Source: a virus. Taken from it: a stretch of 64,000 nucleotides of DNA. The position numbers and the translations under genes are program-made. Under the pieces are notes generated by a model. It saw only the letters and a list, made by a program, of their open reading frames with translations, ran no database searches and had not been told where the DNA came from. Location of the stretch: positions 1 through 64,000 of IMG/VR virus record IMGVR_UViG_3300025928_000005; one strand, given 5' to 3'. This document shows, piece by piece, positions 50,948 to 61,155 of the stretch (positions within the stretch are counted from its first letter, which is position 1; the number at the start of each line of letters is the position of its first letter).

Positions 50948-53896
50948 TTACTTGGTGAAGCCGGTCATCTTCTTGAGCTCCCGCCACGCAACTTCCCGCT
51001 GCATCGGGTCGGGGTTGTTCCGCCACTGCTCGTGCAGGGCCTGGAACACGGACTCCTGAGCGCGCTCCACGCGACTCACGGACGGCAGCACCTCCGGTGC
51101 GGCCGCGCTCTTGGTCAGCTGGTCGAAGGCGACGCCGCGGTAGGGACCCGCCGGGTCCGGCTGCGCGGCGAGCTCCTCGACCTGCTTGCGCATCTTCTTG
51201 ATGGTCTTCTTGAGGTCGGTGACCTCGGTGAGGTGGGCGGCGGTCGCGTCGGCGACCGCCTTGTTGATGAGGCTCTGCACGACGTCCACGTCGAGCGTCG
51301 CCGCCTTCACGACCTCGGCCGAGGTCTCCTTGCCGTAGGTCGTCTCGAGCGTCTCGGTGACGGTCGGCGGCTCGACGGTCTTGGCCTTCTTGGCCTTCTT
51401 CGCGGCCTTGGCCGCGCCGGGGCCGTGCGGGGCTGGCATGCCGACGCCGGTGGGCACCGGGCGGGAGCCGGGCAGGCCGCCGTTGCCGTACGGGCTGCCG
51501 TCGGGCGCGGCCGGGCACAGGTCGGGGAAGGTCTGCGCGATGTGGTCGTGCATGGCCAGCATGGCCTGCCGGGCGTTGTCGCGCATGGCGTTGGTGTAGT
51601 AGGTCCGGGTGGGGACGCCGGTGACGGACGGGGCGCTGACCGGCCGCATCGGCTCGCCGGAGCTGGACGGGGCCTCCGCCGCGTGGCCGCCGGTGAGGTA
51701 GCCGCGGCCGTACTGGCTCGCGCTGATGGACCCGAACGGGTCGGGCGCGGTGTTGGGACCCGCGTGGCCCGGGGAGGCCGCCTCGTGGCCGGCGGTGATG
51801 ACCGGCCGGTTGTAGGAGCGGCCGTTGATCGAGCCGGGGGTCGGGAACGTGCCCGGGCCGGGGTTCGCGTCCCGGAACTCCTTGTAGAGGTCCGACCGCG
51901 CCTCGAGCAGGTAGCGCGGGTCGGTGCCCTTCAGGAGGGTCACGTGCTGCCACAGCTCGTTGGCCTTGCGGGCCTGGTCGAGCGGGGCGGACGCGGCGAG
52001 CTCGAAGGCCTTGCGCTGCCAGTGGTTCGGGTCGAGGCTGGACAGGTCGTAGCGCGGGTAGCTCTTCGCGACGTCGTCCGGGTGGAAGCACGGGCAGGTC
52101 AGGTCGTGGAGCGTGCCGTAGTCCACGGGCACGTTCAGCATCTTGAGCCGCATCGCGGCGGACCCCTCGGGGTCATCCGGGAAGATGAGGTCGGCGGCCT
52201 TCACGGACGAGTCCGGGACGGTGGGAACCTTGGCGTCGCGCTCGAACGCCTCGATCACGGGGCCGTCGGGCTCGCGGTGCTCCGGCACCGGGTCGGCGTC
52301 CTCGGTCTCCTCGACGCCGTCGGTGGGCGTGGGCTTCTTGACCACGTCGGCCTTGGCCGCGGCCTTGCGCGCCTTCCTCGCGGCCTTGGCCGCGGCCTCC
52401 TGGAGGTCGGCCTCGCTCACGCTGGAGCCCTGAACCTGAACCTCGACGGTCTTGACCTTGGAATCCGCCTCCGGCAGGTAGCCGGGGTGGGCCTTGCCGC
52501 AGCTGGGGCAGTACTTCTCACCCTTGTCGAGCTGGTAGCCGCAGCCGAGGCACGTGAAGTCGTGGTTCTTCTTGATTGCGAGCGCGCCCTTGAGCTTGCC
52601 GCCGCACTCGGGGCAGAAGTTGTGCTCGGCGTGCAGGTTCGCCCCGCAGCCGGGGCACATGACCTTGTCCTTCTTCTCGACGGTGACGACCTTCTCGATG
52701 GTCGGCTCGGCGGCCTTCATGCCGTCGTCGCACTTGTCGTCCTCGTCGCCGTCCGCGTCGGCCTTGTCGGTCGCGCCGCTCGAGCCGCCGCCGGCCGTGC
52801 CGCCACCAGCGGCCCCACCGCCGGCGCTGCCGCCGCTCTCGCCGCTGCCGCCGCCGGTGGAGCCGGCCTTGACCTCGTCCGGCTCCTCGGTCTTCGCCTC
52901 GGCGTCGCTCTCGGTCTCGACGTCGACCGTCTTCTCCTCGGCGTCCTCAACCACCTCGACGTCGACGACCTTCTCGCTGTCGCCCATGCCCAGCTCCTTC
53001 TTCCAGCTCTCGGGGAGCCGGGCCACGAAGGCGGCACCCTTGCGCCGTGCGATGCGGATGATGCTGCTCTTCAGCCCCTCCGGGGACTTGTTGTCGGCCC
53101 CGGCCCGTCCGATCGACAGCGCGGCGTCGTGAACATCCTGTGGCGTGACGATGGGGAAGGAGCGATCGTTGCCGGCGAAGTCCTCGGCGGGGATCTTGTC
53201 GCGGTCGGTGCCGCCGCCGACGTTGGGGTCCACCTTGCGCTTGGCGACCCCCTCGTGGCCGGTGAGCGCCTTGGCCACGTCGGCCGGCGTGACCCGGTCG
53301 GCGGCGAGGGCGGCGCCGGCTGCCTTCACGATCTCTCCCGCGAGCGCGTCGTCGAGGATCAGCTGGCCCACGTCCTCGGGCTGACCCGAATCGCCGGCGG
53401 CCTTGACGAGCTGGAACTTCGAGTTGAAGTTGCTGCCGCGGTCGACCAGCGAGATCTCGCTGATCTTGGTGAGGCCGTCACGGCGACCGCGGATGATGCC
53501 GTTCATGGCCTTGCCGGTCGGGTCCGGCACGATGTCCGGGTGGGTGATGCCAACCGAGTAGCAGGTGAGGACGCCCTTGCGGACGAGCTCCTTCGCCACG
53601 GGCTCCACGACGAGGGACTTGACCCAGTGGCCGTCGGGCGTGGCCTCCACCTCGAGGCCCTTGCCGGCGGGATCGCGGCGGGCCTGGTGCTGCACCCGCA
53701 GGTTGCCGCCGGTGTCGAGCCACTCGTGGATGGCCTTGGCTGACCAGTCCTGGTCGACGATCTGGAGGTCGGAGTCGACGGTGCCGTCGGTGGCCTTGCC
53801 GTAGACGATGAGGTCGCCGTCGCTCGTCTCCTCGGTCTTCTCGATGGGGAACGAGAAGTAGGTCAGCTCGCCGTCGGGGGTGAGGGTCGCGGCCAC
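50948..53896 (-). CDS. prohead protease/scaffold fusion with double Zn ribbon
   Basis: VYGKAT..VDSD, VQH, YSVGI, EISLVDRGSN; CPGC/CPEC/CLGC/CPSC; coiled-coil C-terminus. Confidence 0.85.
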   Translation of the reverse strand: MAATLTPDGELTYFSFPIEKTEETSDGDLIVYGKATDGTVDSDLQIVDQDWSAKAIHEWLDTGGNLRVQHQARRDPAGKGLEVEATPDGHWVKSLVVEPVAKELVRKGVLTCYSVGITHPDIVPDPTGKAMNGIIRGRRDGLTKISEISLVDRGSNFNSKFQLVKAAGDSGQPEDVGQLILDDALAGEIVKAAGAALAADRVTPADVAKALTGHEGVAKRKVDPNVGGGTDRDKIPAEDFAGNDRSFPIVTPQDVHDAALSIGRAGADNKSPEGLKSSIIRIARRKGAAFVARLPESWKKELGMGDSEKVVDVEVVEDAEEKTVDVETESDAEAKTEEPDEVKAGSTGGGSGESGGSAGGGAAGGGTAGGGSSGATDKADADGDEDDKCDDGMKAAEPTIEKVVTVEKKDKVMCPGCGANLHAEHNFCPECGGKLKGALAIKKNHDFTCLGCGYQLDKGEKYCPSCGKAHPGYLPEADSKVKTVEVQVQGSSVSEADLQEAAAKAARKARKAAAKADVVKKPTPTDGVEETEDADPVPEHREPDGPVIEAFERDAKVPTVPDSSVKAADLIFPDDPEGSAAMRLKMLNVPVDYGTLHDLTCPCFHPDDVAKSYPRYDLSSLDPNHWQRKAFELAASAPLDQARKANELWQHVTLLKGTDPRYLLEARSDLYKEFRDANPGPGTFPTPGSINGRSYNRPVITAGHEAASPGHAGPNTAPDPFGSISASQYGRGYLTGGHAAEAPSSSGEPMRPVSAPSVTGVPTRTYYTNAMRDNARQAMLAMHDHIAQTFPDLCPAAPDGSPYGNGGLPGSRPVPTGVGMPAPHGPGAAKAAKKAKKAKTVEPPTVTETLETTYGKETSAEVVKAATLDVDVVQSLINKAVADATAAHLTEVTDLKKTIKKMRKQVEELAAQPDPAGPYRGVAFDQLTKSAAAPEVLPSVSRVERAQESVFQALHEQWRNNPDPMQREVAWRELKKMTGFTK

Positions 53897-53915
53897 ACGG
53901 GCTTCCTTTCGTCGG

Positions 53916-56900
53916 TCAGTCGGTCGTCTTGTTGAGGTGATCGTCGCCGTGATTCAGCTGGAACGAGTGAGCCTCGTCCCACGGCCCGACCACGGTCGGG
54001 ACCCGACCGACGTACGCGGTCAGCGGCTTGCCCAGGCGCTGGGCGGCCAGGGCGCGGTGGTGGCCGTCGACGACCTTGAGCTTGGGGTCACCGGGGGTGT
54101 CGACGAGGATGGCGGGGTGGGTCGGCTCGCCGGCGCGCAGCTTGGCCTCGAAGCGGTCCACGGCGGCGTCCTCGTGGTGCGCGGCCCACCGCGGCTCGTT
54201 GCTGAAGTCGATGAGGCTGGTGGGGACGTTGAGGGGCCCCACCCAGGTCGCGTCGTCGACCCACGCGTAGCCCTCGTCGCTGAAGTTTTGGCTCATCAGG
54301 GCCGCGACCTCGTCGGCGGTCGCGGCGCGCGTTCCCTCGCTCGCCGGCCGGCTCAGGGCGTTGAGCACGAGCTGCAGGTCAGCCCGGAGCTCGGCGCGAA
54401 CCGACGGGTTGTCGACGAGGTGCGTCGGGTCCCACCACGCGAGCGCCTCCACCTGGTCCCCGTCGGGGTCATCCGGGTTGGTGACGCGGTCGCGGCCGTC
54501 GAAGATCGGCACGTCGGTCTCGTGGTCGACCTCGTAGACGAAGCCTAGCCACCGGCCGCTCTCCGTGCCCCAGCCGGGCACGAAGCGGCCGACCGGAAGG
54601 ACGCACCCGGTCTCCTCCTGCCACTCGCGGATGGCGGCGCTGCGGGGCTGCTCACCGGGCTCGAGGCAGCCACCGGGGAACTCCCAGGAGCCGGCCGCGG
54701 GATCGTCGTCGGTCAGGCCGCGCTGCAGCATGAGCACGCGGCCGGTGTCAGCGGCGCGGACCGCGAGGCCGGCGGCGACGCAGGCTCCCTTGGTCGCGGT
54801 GCGGCCCTCCCACCGGTCGCACACGTCGATCAAGTCGATCGAGCCCGACACGAGGTCGCACGAGTGCGTGTCGAGGTGGAACATCACGCAGGTGCCGCAG
54901 GATCGAGCGCGGCTCGCCGCTGGCCGGTAGTGAACCGACTCCTTGGACACCTTGACGCGCTTGCCGAGGTCGCCGACGTTGGGCGCGCGGCCGCGGTCGT
55001 TCGCGTCGCCCGGCGGCTCGCCTACCGACGACCGACCCGTGCCAACGCCACCTTGTGGCCAGCCACCGGTGCCTGAACTTGGATAGCGTGGAGGCTGAAC
55101 GTCGACGTCCGTTTGGTGACCATGGGTGAGGGGTACCCGGTCATCGTGACCACCGGAGGGGTGATGCGCTTGAGAGTGATCTGACCCGTCGTAGAAGCCA
55201 CCCATGTAGCCGTTGGGCGGCTGCGACGGAACCCACCGCGGGGGCTCACCCCCAGCCGTGCTCGACGGCACCCCGCCGGGAACCTCCGTCCCATCACCGA
55301 GGTGCCTGACGGGTGACCGGCCGCCACCGCCGGCCGCGGCCTGAGGAACGCGTGAGTCGATCCACGACTCCTGGCCGTTGAGACTGATCACTCGTCGCGT
55401 GGCCTTGACGACCCGGATCGCGTCATCGACCTCGAGACCCTCCGCCATGTGCTGGCTGATGCGAGCCAGCGCGTCGGGGTTGACGTTGCGTGGAACCCAG
55501 GAACTGACCTGTCGACCCTTCTTCACGTGCCGACTCAGGGCCTCGAGCTCGCTGCTCGCGGCCTTCTCCAGGGCCGCCGCGTCTGCCACCTTGGCGGGCG
55601 CGGCGGTCGGCTTCTTGCCGGTCGCGGAGCGGGATGGCGCGTTGCCCGCGCCGGTGGCCGCCGCGTGCCCGGGTGTCTCGACGTGCGGGCTCGGCGTCGG
55701 CTGCGTGGGAACGCTGCCCTGGCCGGTGTTCTGGATCTCACCGGTGCCGGCCGCGGTGACCGGCAGCTTGGGCTGGACGCCGGGGAGCGCGAGCTGGCCG
55801 GGAGGCGTGGGAGCCGGGCTGCCGGGCGTGGCTCCCGGAACGGTCCCGGGAACGGCGGCGGTCGCCATGCCGAACGGCACGGGGCCGTTCTTGCTGAGGA
55901 AGACCGGGCCGCTGGTCTCCGGCAGGCCCCAAGGCTGCAGGTTGAGCTCGTCCCGGGCCTCGTCGACGCTGCGCAGGCCGTTCTCAACCTGCTTGATGAG
56001 CAGGTCGGTGAGGAGGGACTGGTCCTCCTCCGCCTCGAGGCCCTCGAAGACGAACTGCATGTCGTCCTGGCCGCAGACGTATTCGAGGATGTTGTTGATG
56101 ATGTCCGCGATGAACATCAGGGTCGGCTTGGTGGCCTTGCGCTCGCCCACGTTCTCGGCCATCTTGGCCATCTGATGCGACGCGCCTGGCGACATGGAGG
56201 TGCTGACCTTGGGTGCGATGCCCAGCTCCATGGGCATGATGTCGAACGCCATGCAGACCTGCGTCATGACGATCTCGTCGAACGCGTCGGCGAGCTGCAC
56301 GCCGCGCTGCGGCTCGACCTTCGTGCCCGGCGGCAGCACGATGATCTTGTGGTGCCAGGCGGGGTCGCCGGCGAACGCGTTGAGGGCGTCCTGCAGCTCG
56401 CGGATCTGGTTGGGGGTCATGTTCTCGTCGCCGGGCGACATGTAGACGGCCGGGACGGTGCCCTCGCGGAAGTAGTCGAGCTGGTAGCCCTGCTTCTGCA
56501 GGCCGGACAGCACGGGGATCATGGCGCGCTCGATGGGCGGGAAGCCGTACGGCGTCCACCGCCGGGGCACCATGGGCACGTACAGCAGCTGGTCGCCACG
56601 GAACTGCGCGACCTGGCTGCCTCGGAGGCCGCCGTCCTGGATGTCCATGTCCGTCAGCATCTTGATGAAGTCGCTGCGGGGGACGCCGTAGAGGTACTGC
56701 TGGTAGGCCGGGGCCGGCGGGGCCGGGAAGCCACCCTGCATGTCGTAGAGCGGTCGGATGGTGGGGCCGCTGATCAGGTTCAGGCTGTCGAGGTCGCTGC
56801 CGAGCAGGCCCTTTCCCATGCCGCGGCCGCGCTTCGGTCGCAGGAAGAGCGAGAGCGCGTCGAAGACGAACACCTCCTCGAGGAAGGCGTCGATGAACGT

Positions 56901-57467
56901 GCTCCAGCTGTAGTAGTCCGGGTCGGGGCGCTTGAAGAACTTCTTGGCCTTGGCGCGGCGCTCACCGAAGTCCTTGAACCAGGCCTTGTCGCCGCGGTTG
57001 GCCTTGGCTGCCTCCTGCGTGGGCATGATGTCCCACTCGAGGCCCCGGATCTCCGACTTGCGGAGCTGGATGCAGGCGCGGGCCACGGAGTACAGGTCGG
57101 CGAGGGTGCGCAGCGTGCTGAAGCTGGCGAGCTTGAGGCCCTCCGAGCCGGGCGTGCCGACCGGGAGGTTCCAGCCGACGCGGTACTCCTCGCGGCGTGG
57201 GTCGGCCCGACCGCTCGCGGGGTCGGGCTCATCGACGGGAACCGGCAGGATCGGGCTGAACGGCCCGAACGCGCCCTGCGTGAAGGTCGCCGGTGGCCGC
57301 GGCAGGAAGCCGGCGTAGGCGTTGGCGTAGCCGTGCTGCTCCGCGTAGCTGACCACCGCCGGCGACAGGGAGCCGGTGGAGATCCCCGATCCCTGAGGCG
57401 CGGGCGTGGGCCGCGCGCCGCCGGGTGAGTAGCGCGCCGCGCGCAGGATGGATCTAGTCGACGCCAC
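53916..57467 (-). CDS. portal protein fused to HiPIP-like, Nudix and ParB/Srx-like domains
   Basis: Portal motifs YGFPPIE, YFREGTVP, SVDEARDELNLQP; Nudix box GCLEPGEQPRSAAIREWQEETG; VVDGHHRALAA. Confidence 0.9.
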   Translation of the reverse strand: MASTRSILRAARYSPGGARPTPAPQGSGISTGSLSPAVVSYAEQHGYANAYAGFLPRPPATFTQGAFGPFSPILPVPVDEPDPASGRADPRREEYRVGWNLPVGTPGSEGLKLASFSTLRTLADLYSVARACIQLRKSEIRGLEWDIMPTQEAAKANRGDKAWFKDFGERRAKAKKFFKRPDPDYYSWSTFIDAFLEEVFVFDALSLFLRPKRGRGMGKGLLGSDLDSLNLISGPTIRPLYDMQGGFPAPPAPAYQQYLYGVPRSDFIKMLTDMDIQDGGLRGSQVAQFRGDQLLYVPMVPRRWTPYGFPPIERAMIPVLSGLQKQGYQLDYFREGTVPAVYMSPGDENMTPNQIRELQDALNAFAGDPAWHHKIIVLPPGTKVEPQRGVQLADAFDEIVMTQVCMAFDIMPMELGIAPKVSTSMSPGASHQMAKMAENVGERKATKPTLMFIADIINNILEYVCGQDDMQFVFEGLEAEEDQSLLTDLLIKQVENGLRSVDEARDELNLQPWGLPETSGPVFLSKNGPVPFGMATAAVPGTVPGATPGSPAPTPPGQLALPGVQPKLPVTAAGTGEIQNTGQGSVPTQPTPSPHVETPGHAAATGAGNAPSRSATGKKPTAAPAKVADAAALEKAASSELEALSRHVKKGRQVSSWVPRNVNPDALARISQHMAEGLEVDDAIRVVKATRRVISLNGQESWIDSRVPQAAAGGGGRSPVRHLGDGTEVPGGVPSSTAGGEPPRWVPSQPPNGYMGGFYDGSDHSQAHHPSGGHDDRVPLTHGHQTDVDVQPPRYPSSGTGGWPQGGVGTGRSSVGEPPGDANDRGRAPNVGDLGKRVKVSKESVHYRPAASRARSCGTCVMFHLDTHSCDLVSGSIDLIDVCDRWEGRTATKGACVAAGLAVRAADTGRVLMLQRGLTDDDPAAGSWEFPGGCLEPGEQPRSAAIREWQEETGCVLPVGRFVPGWGTESGRWLGFVYEVDHETDVPIFDGRDRVTNPDDPDGDQVEALAWWDPTHLVDNPSVRAELRADLQLVLNALSRPASEGTRAATADEVAALMSQNFSDEGYAWVDDATWVGPLNVPTSLIDFSNEPRWAAHHEDAAVDRFEAKLRAGEPTHPAILVDTPGDPKLKVVDGHHRALAAQRLGKPLTAYVGRVPTVVGPWDEAHSFQLNHGDDHLNKTTD

Positions 57468-57636
57468 CGGCAACCCCCGCCTCGTTCTCCGCCCAGAGCT
57501 CTCGCTGCAGCCGCCGCGCGGCCACCTTCACCTCGTTCTTGAGCGCCTTGGCGCTCGCGTACCCCAGGGCCGCCGCGATCTCCGCCCACGTGGCGCCGCG
57601 CTCCTGCGCGTCGTTGATCAGACGCAGCTTGAGCAT
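57454..57636 (-). CDS. small HTH protein
   Basis: AQERGATWAEIAAALG. Confidence 0.7.
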   Translation of the reverse strand: MLKLRLINDAQERGATWAEIAAALGYASAKALKNEVKVAARRLQRELWAENEAGVAGGVD

Positions 57637-57643
57637 CAGCTCC

Positions 57644-57988
57644 TCACGTGGGGTCAACCTCGTCCTCCTCGTCCACGTCCTCCGGGTAGACCACGCGGCT
57701 CGCGTCCCAGGACTGCCAGTAGCTGAACTCGACGACGTCCCCATCGCCGTTGAGCTTGCCGGCCGCGAGGCGGGGGCAGGCCGGGGTGCTGGCGCCGGCG
57801 TGGATGCCGGCGCAGAAGCGGCAGAGGCCGCCGTCGGCGGCGACCTGCTCGAGCTCCTCGCGGTCCTCGCGGCTCACCGGCAGGCGGGGCTGCCCGGTGA
57901 GCAGGCGCTGGGCGCTGCTGACCGCGGCGAGCGCGGCGAGGTCGAGCTGTGACTGCGGCGCGCCGCCGCCGCCCTGCGGCAGGGTCAT
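57644..57988 (-). CDS. hypothetical protein
   Basis: MTLPQ...CRFCAGIH...CPR; TGATG overlap. Confidence 0.65.
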   Translation of the reverse strand: MTLPQGGGGAPQSQLDLAALAAVSSAQRLLTGQPRLPVSREDREELEQVAADGGLCRFCAGIHAGASTPACPRLAAGKLNGDGDVVEFSYWQSWDASRVVYPEDVDEEDEVDPT

Positions 57989-59232
57989 CAGTAGGCTCCC
58001 ACGAGCGGCACGAAGCCGGTGTTGGTTCCCACCGTCGTGGGGTTGAAGGACGCAGGCAGCGCGGTCTGGCCGTTGAGGTAGAACGCGCGTCGGTTGCCGG
58101 CGTTGGTGACGCCGAGGCCCATGTACGGGGCGTTGGAGTCGTTCGCGCCCAGGGCGTAGGGCACGTTGACGCCGGTGAAGCCACCGAGGATGTAGAGGAT
58201 GTAGACGAACCGCCCGGTCGCCTGCGCCGGCACGGCGGTGATGCCGCCGCTGGTCCACCCCGCGACGTTCCACAGGTTGTTGTCGTTAGGGGACGCGTGA
58301 AGCTGGACGCCCGTGTCGTCGTAGATGCCGAGCTGGTTGGGCACCGTGGACGTCGAGTAGGTGCCGCCGGTGCGGATCGCCGCGACGAGGGTGGAGAGGG
58401 CGGTGTTGGCCGGCACCCAGCAGCGCGCGCCGAACACGGTGCCGCTGGCGAGGGCGGAGGAGTTCTGGAAGAGCAGGGGATCGTCGCTGGCGGTCAGCAG
58501 CCCGTAGCCGCTCAGGGGGAACGTCGCGCCGCCGGCCGCGGGTGCGGCCCACTTGATGCCGGTGGTCTGCGCCGAGTCGGCGGTGAGAACGTAGGTGTCG
58601 GTGCCGACGGCCTCGCGGGTGATGGTGCTCGCCGCGGTGGCGACCAGCAGGTCGCCCTTCGCCGTGGCCGTGGTGTCCTGGATGGCGTTGACGAGACGCG
58701 CGTCGTTGCCGGCGGCCACGGTGCCGGCCGTGGTGCCGACGTTGAGGGTCGCCGCCCCGCCGAGGCCGAGGTTGGTGCGTGAGGTGCCCGCGTTGGCGAC
58801 GTCGCTCAGGTTGTTCGCGGCCTGGAGGGCGCCGGTGATCCGGGTGTCGTTGCCGGCGGCGGCGGTGCCGGCCGTCGTGCCGAGCTGATAGACCTGGTAC
58901 CAGACCGCGGCGGCGGTCGCGACGCTCTCGGCGACGAAGTAGGCGGCGGTGAGGGTGTTGAGCCAGATGGAGCCGACGGTGTAGCCCTGAGTGCCGTCGT
59001 TGCCGGTTCCCGGGTTCGTGACCGCGGTGAGGTTGTTCTTCTGGCTGGTGAACTGCGTGGGTGCGGGCCACGCGCCGTTCGCCTTGGGGCCATAGAACAC
59101 GGACGGGTTCGTCGTGTCGAGGTAGAAGTCGCCGTTGAAGCCGAGGGAGCTGGCGGGTGCGCCGGTGCCGGACAGCCAGCCGTTGCCCCGCGGGCCGGCG
59201 GTGCCGGCCGTGGTGATGGTGACGTTGACCAC
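57988..59232 (-). CDS. fibre-like virion protein
   Basis: WLSGTGAP...G.NGDFYLD, NNLSDV...[18 protein letters not shown] repeats, AKGDL. Confidence 0.8.
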   Translation of the reverse strand: MVNVTITTAGTAGPRGNGWLSGTGAPASSLGFNGDFYLDTTNPSVFYGPKANGAWPAPTQFTSQKNNLTAVTNPGTGNDGTQGYTVGSIWLNTLTAAYFVAESVATAAAVWYQVYQLGTTAGTAAAGNDTRITGALQAANNLSDVANAGTSRTNLGLGGAATLNVGTTAGTVAAGNDARLVNAIQDTTATAKGDLLVATAASTITREAVGTDTYVLTADSAQTTGIKWAAPAAGGATFPLSGYGLLTASDDPLLFQNSSALASGTVFGARCWVPANTALSTLVAAIRTGGTYSTSTVPNQLGIYDDTGVQLHASPNDNNLWNVAGWTSGGITAVPAQATGRFVYILYILGGFTGVNVPYALGANDSNAPYMGLGVTNAGNRRAFYLNGQTALPASFNPTTVGTNTGFVPLVGAY

Positions 59233-59244
59233 GCGCGCTCCCTT

Positions 59245-59619
59245 CTAGGGTTGGGCGACCGTGCGGCCGTAGAAGACGCCGGCGACGAGCGCCGTGGCGT
59301 CACTGAGGTTCTGGTCCATCCACAGGGTGTAGTTGGCCCCGTACTCGGTGAGCAGGTTGGTCGCGGTGGGGGTCAGCACGACCTGCAGGGTGGCGGTGCT
59401 GCTCGTGACCGTGATGGTGCCGTAGGTGGTGGAGGTGGTGTTGTTGACGGAGAACACCGTGGCGTTGGAGATGGTGTTGCGCACGACGAGCTCGAACACC
59501 TTGTTGGTGATGTTGGTGAGGGAGCCGTCGTCGTTGGTGACCTGGTAGCTCTGCGCCCACTGCGAGCCGATGGGTGAGACGGCCTGGAAGAAGTTGGGGA
59601 GCGGCGCGGGCTGGGTCAC
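59245..59619 (-). CDS. putative fibre-associated beta-sandwich virion protein
   Basis: MTQPAP...; Thr-rich, GTITV..LTPTAT; GTGA-coupled to terL. Confidence 0.65.
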   Translation of the reverse strand: MTQPAPLPNFFQAVSPIGSQWAQSYQVTNDDGSLTNITNKVFELVVRNTISNATVFSVNNTTSTTYGTITVTSSTATLQVVLTPTATNLLTEYGANYTLWMDQNLSDATALVAGVFYGRTVAQP

Positions 59620-61109
59620 GCGGCCTCCTCGACCGGGGCGCTGCAGTACGGGCACTTGTCGCGGGGCTTGCCGCCGAGCGTCTTGGTGAAGGGACGGTCG
59701 CACCGCTCGCACTTGATGACGCCGTAGGCGTCGAGCCAGGAGCCGCCGATGAGGTCCTTGAGGTCGTACATGCCCCAGACGAGGGCGTCCATGCGGTCTG
59801 GGGACTCCTTGTCGCCGGGGGCCCACGTGCACATCTCGTCCTCGAGCTGCGGGAACATGCCGACGTGGTGGACGCGGTGCTGCTCGTAGAGGGCGGAGAC
59901 CGGCTCGGCGCGGGTGTTCTTGCCGCGGCTGGCGCGGACGGACCGGAAGGCGACGTTGTTGTCGATGGTGCGGACGACGGTGCCGATGTAGTCGCCGCCG
60001 TTGTTGACCTCGGCGACGATGCGGTCGGCCTCGAACTCGTGGTAGGCGTCGACGGCGCGGGTCATGCACTGCTTGGGGGTGCCGCGCATGGTGTAGTCGG
60101 CGAGGACGTAGCCGTGGCCCTCACGGTCGGCGGCGCAGACGACGATGCCGGTGAGGTCGCTGGTCTCGCCCTCGGTGACGGCGGGGTCGACGCCGACGAC
60201 GACGCGAACGAGGTCGAGGTCCCTGCGGGCCTCGAGGGGGAGGCGGTCGGCCTCGAGCCACTCGCGCTTCCACAGGGCGTTGTCGCGGTTCTCGAGGATC
60301 TCGGCGTCGAGCTCCTGCAGGCCGAGCTGCGTGCCGAGCATCGGGGCGATGACGTTGGCCTTGTAGCTGTCGCTGAGGTTCTCGAGGTTGTCGACGGTGC
60401 GGCCACGGGTGACGATGACGTTGTCGCGCTGCATTAGGCCGGGCGTCGCGAGGTTGGTGTCGGAGACGCGAAGCAGGGCGACGGGCCGCGGGGTGGTGGC
60501 GACGACGATGCGGCTGACGTAGTCGAGCGGCCAGTCGGCGCGGCGCGGGAGGCGGGTGGCGATGGTGAGGTTGGACCACGTGGTGTCGGCCGCGGTGCCC
60601 TTGTGGGCGTCGGCCCAGAAGCAGGACTCGTCACCCCAGGCGAAGTGGAACTGGGGGCCGCGGAGCTGCCAGGGCTTCTCCGCCGAGTAGGTGAAGAACT
60701 TGCTGCCGTTCTCGAGGTAGAGCTCTCCGAGGGAGCGGTTCCACGCGCCGGTGATCTTGCCGCCGCGGAGCTCGGTCTGCTTGAAGCAGTTGAGCAGCCC
60801 CGAGTCACCCTCGATCATGGTGTCGCGGGTGTCGCCGATGGTGCGGGCGACGAGGGCGATGCGGCAACCGGGGTAGCGCCGGGCCTTCTCGGCCATGAGC
60901 TCGGCGGCGGTGCGGGACTTGCCCCAGCCGCGGCCGGCGAGGATCAGCCAGACGAACCAGTCGCCCTCGGGCTCGAGCTGGTCGGGGCGGGCGGCCTCGC
61001 GCCAGGTTTTCTTGTGGCCGTCCCCGTTGTCGAGGTCGACCTTCTTCTGCTGCAGCTCGCGGAGGCGGCGGAGCTTGTCGAGCTTGACCTCGAGGAGGGT
61101 GTCGGCCAC
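59616..61109 (-). CDS. terL: terminase large subunit
   Basis: AGRGWGKSRT, LRGPQF..WGDE, TTPRP, GVDPA, SPDRMDALVW. Confidence 0.95.
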   Translation of the reverse strand: MADTLLEVKLDKLRRLRELQQKKVDLDNGDGHKKTWREAARPDQLEPEGDWFVWLILAGRGWGKSRTAAELMAEKARRYPGCRIALVARTIGDTRDTMIEGDSGLLNCFKQTELRGGKITGAWNRSLGELYLENGSKFFTYSAEKPWQLRGPQFHFAWGDESCFWADAHKGTAADTTWSNLTIATRLPRRADWPLDYVSRIVVATTPRPVALLRVSDTNLATPGLMQRDNVIVTRGRTVDNLENLSDSYKANVIAPMLGTQLGLQELDAEILENRDNALWKREWLEADRLPLEARRDLDLVRVVVGVDPAVTEGETSDLTGIVVCAADREGHGYVLADYTMRGTPKQCMTRAVDAYHEFEADRIVAEVNNGGDYIGTVVRTIDNNVAFRSVRASRGKNTRAEPVSALYEQHRVHHVGMFPQLEDEMCTWAPGDKESPDRMDALVWGMYDLKDLIGGSWLDAYGVIKCERCDRPFTKTLGGKPRDKCPYCSAPVEEAA

Positions 61110-61120
61110 GGCACCCTCCT

Positions 61121-61155
61121 CAATTGTTTACAATTGTGTTTCACCGTGATACGAT
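61121..61155 (+). promoter_or_regulatory. antisense promoter TTTACA-N17-TACGAT
   Basis: -35 lies within palindrome CAATTGT-TT-ACAATTG; leader CAGGAATCGAGGAAGGAG. Confidence 0.75.

Noticed and set aside
49037-53743. Very long antisense ORFs (also 30064-33204, 34206-37253, 10217-12088, 55449-57428)
   Set aside because: Shadows of GC3-rich genes on the opposite strand; no motifs or RBS.
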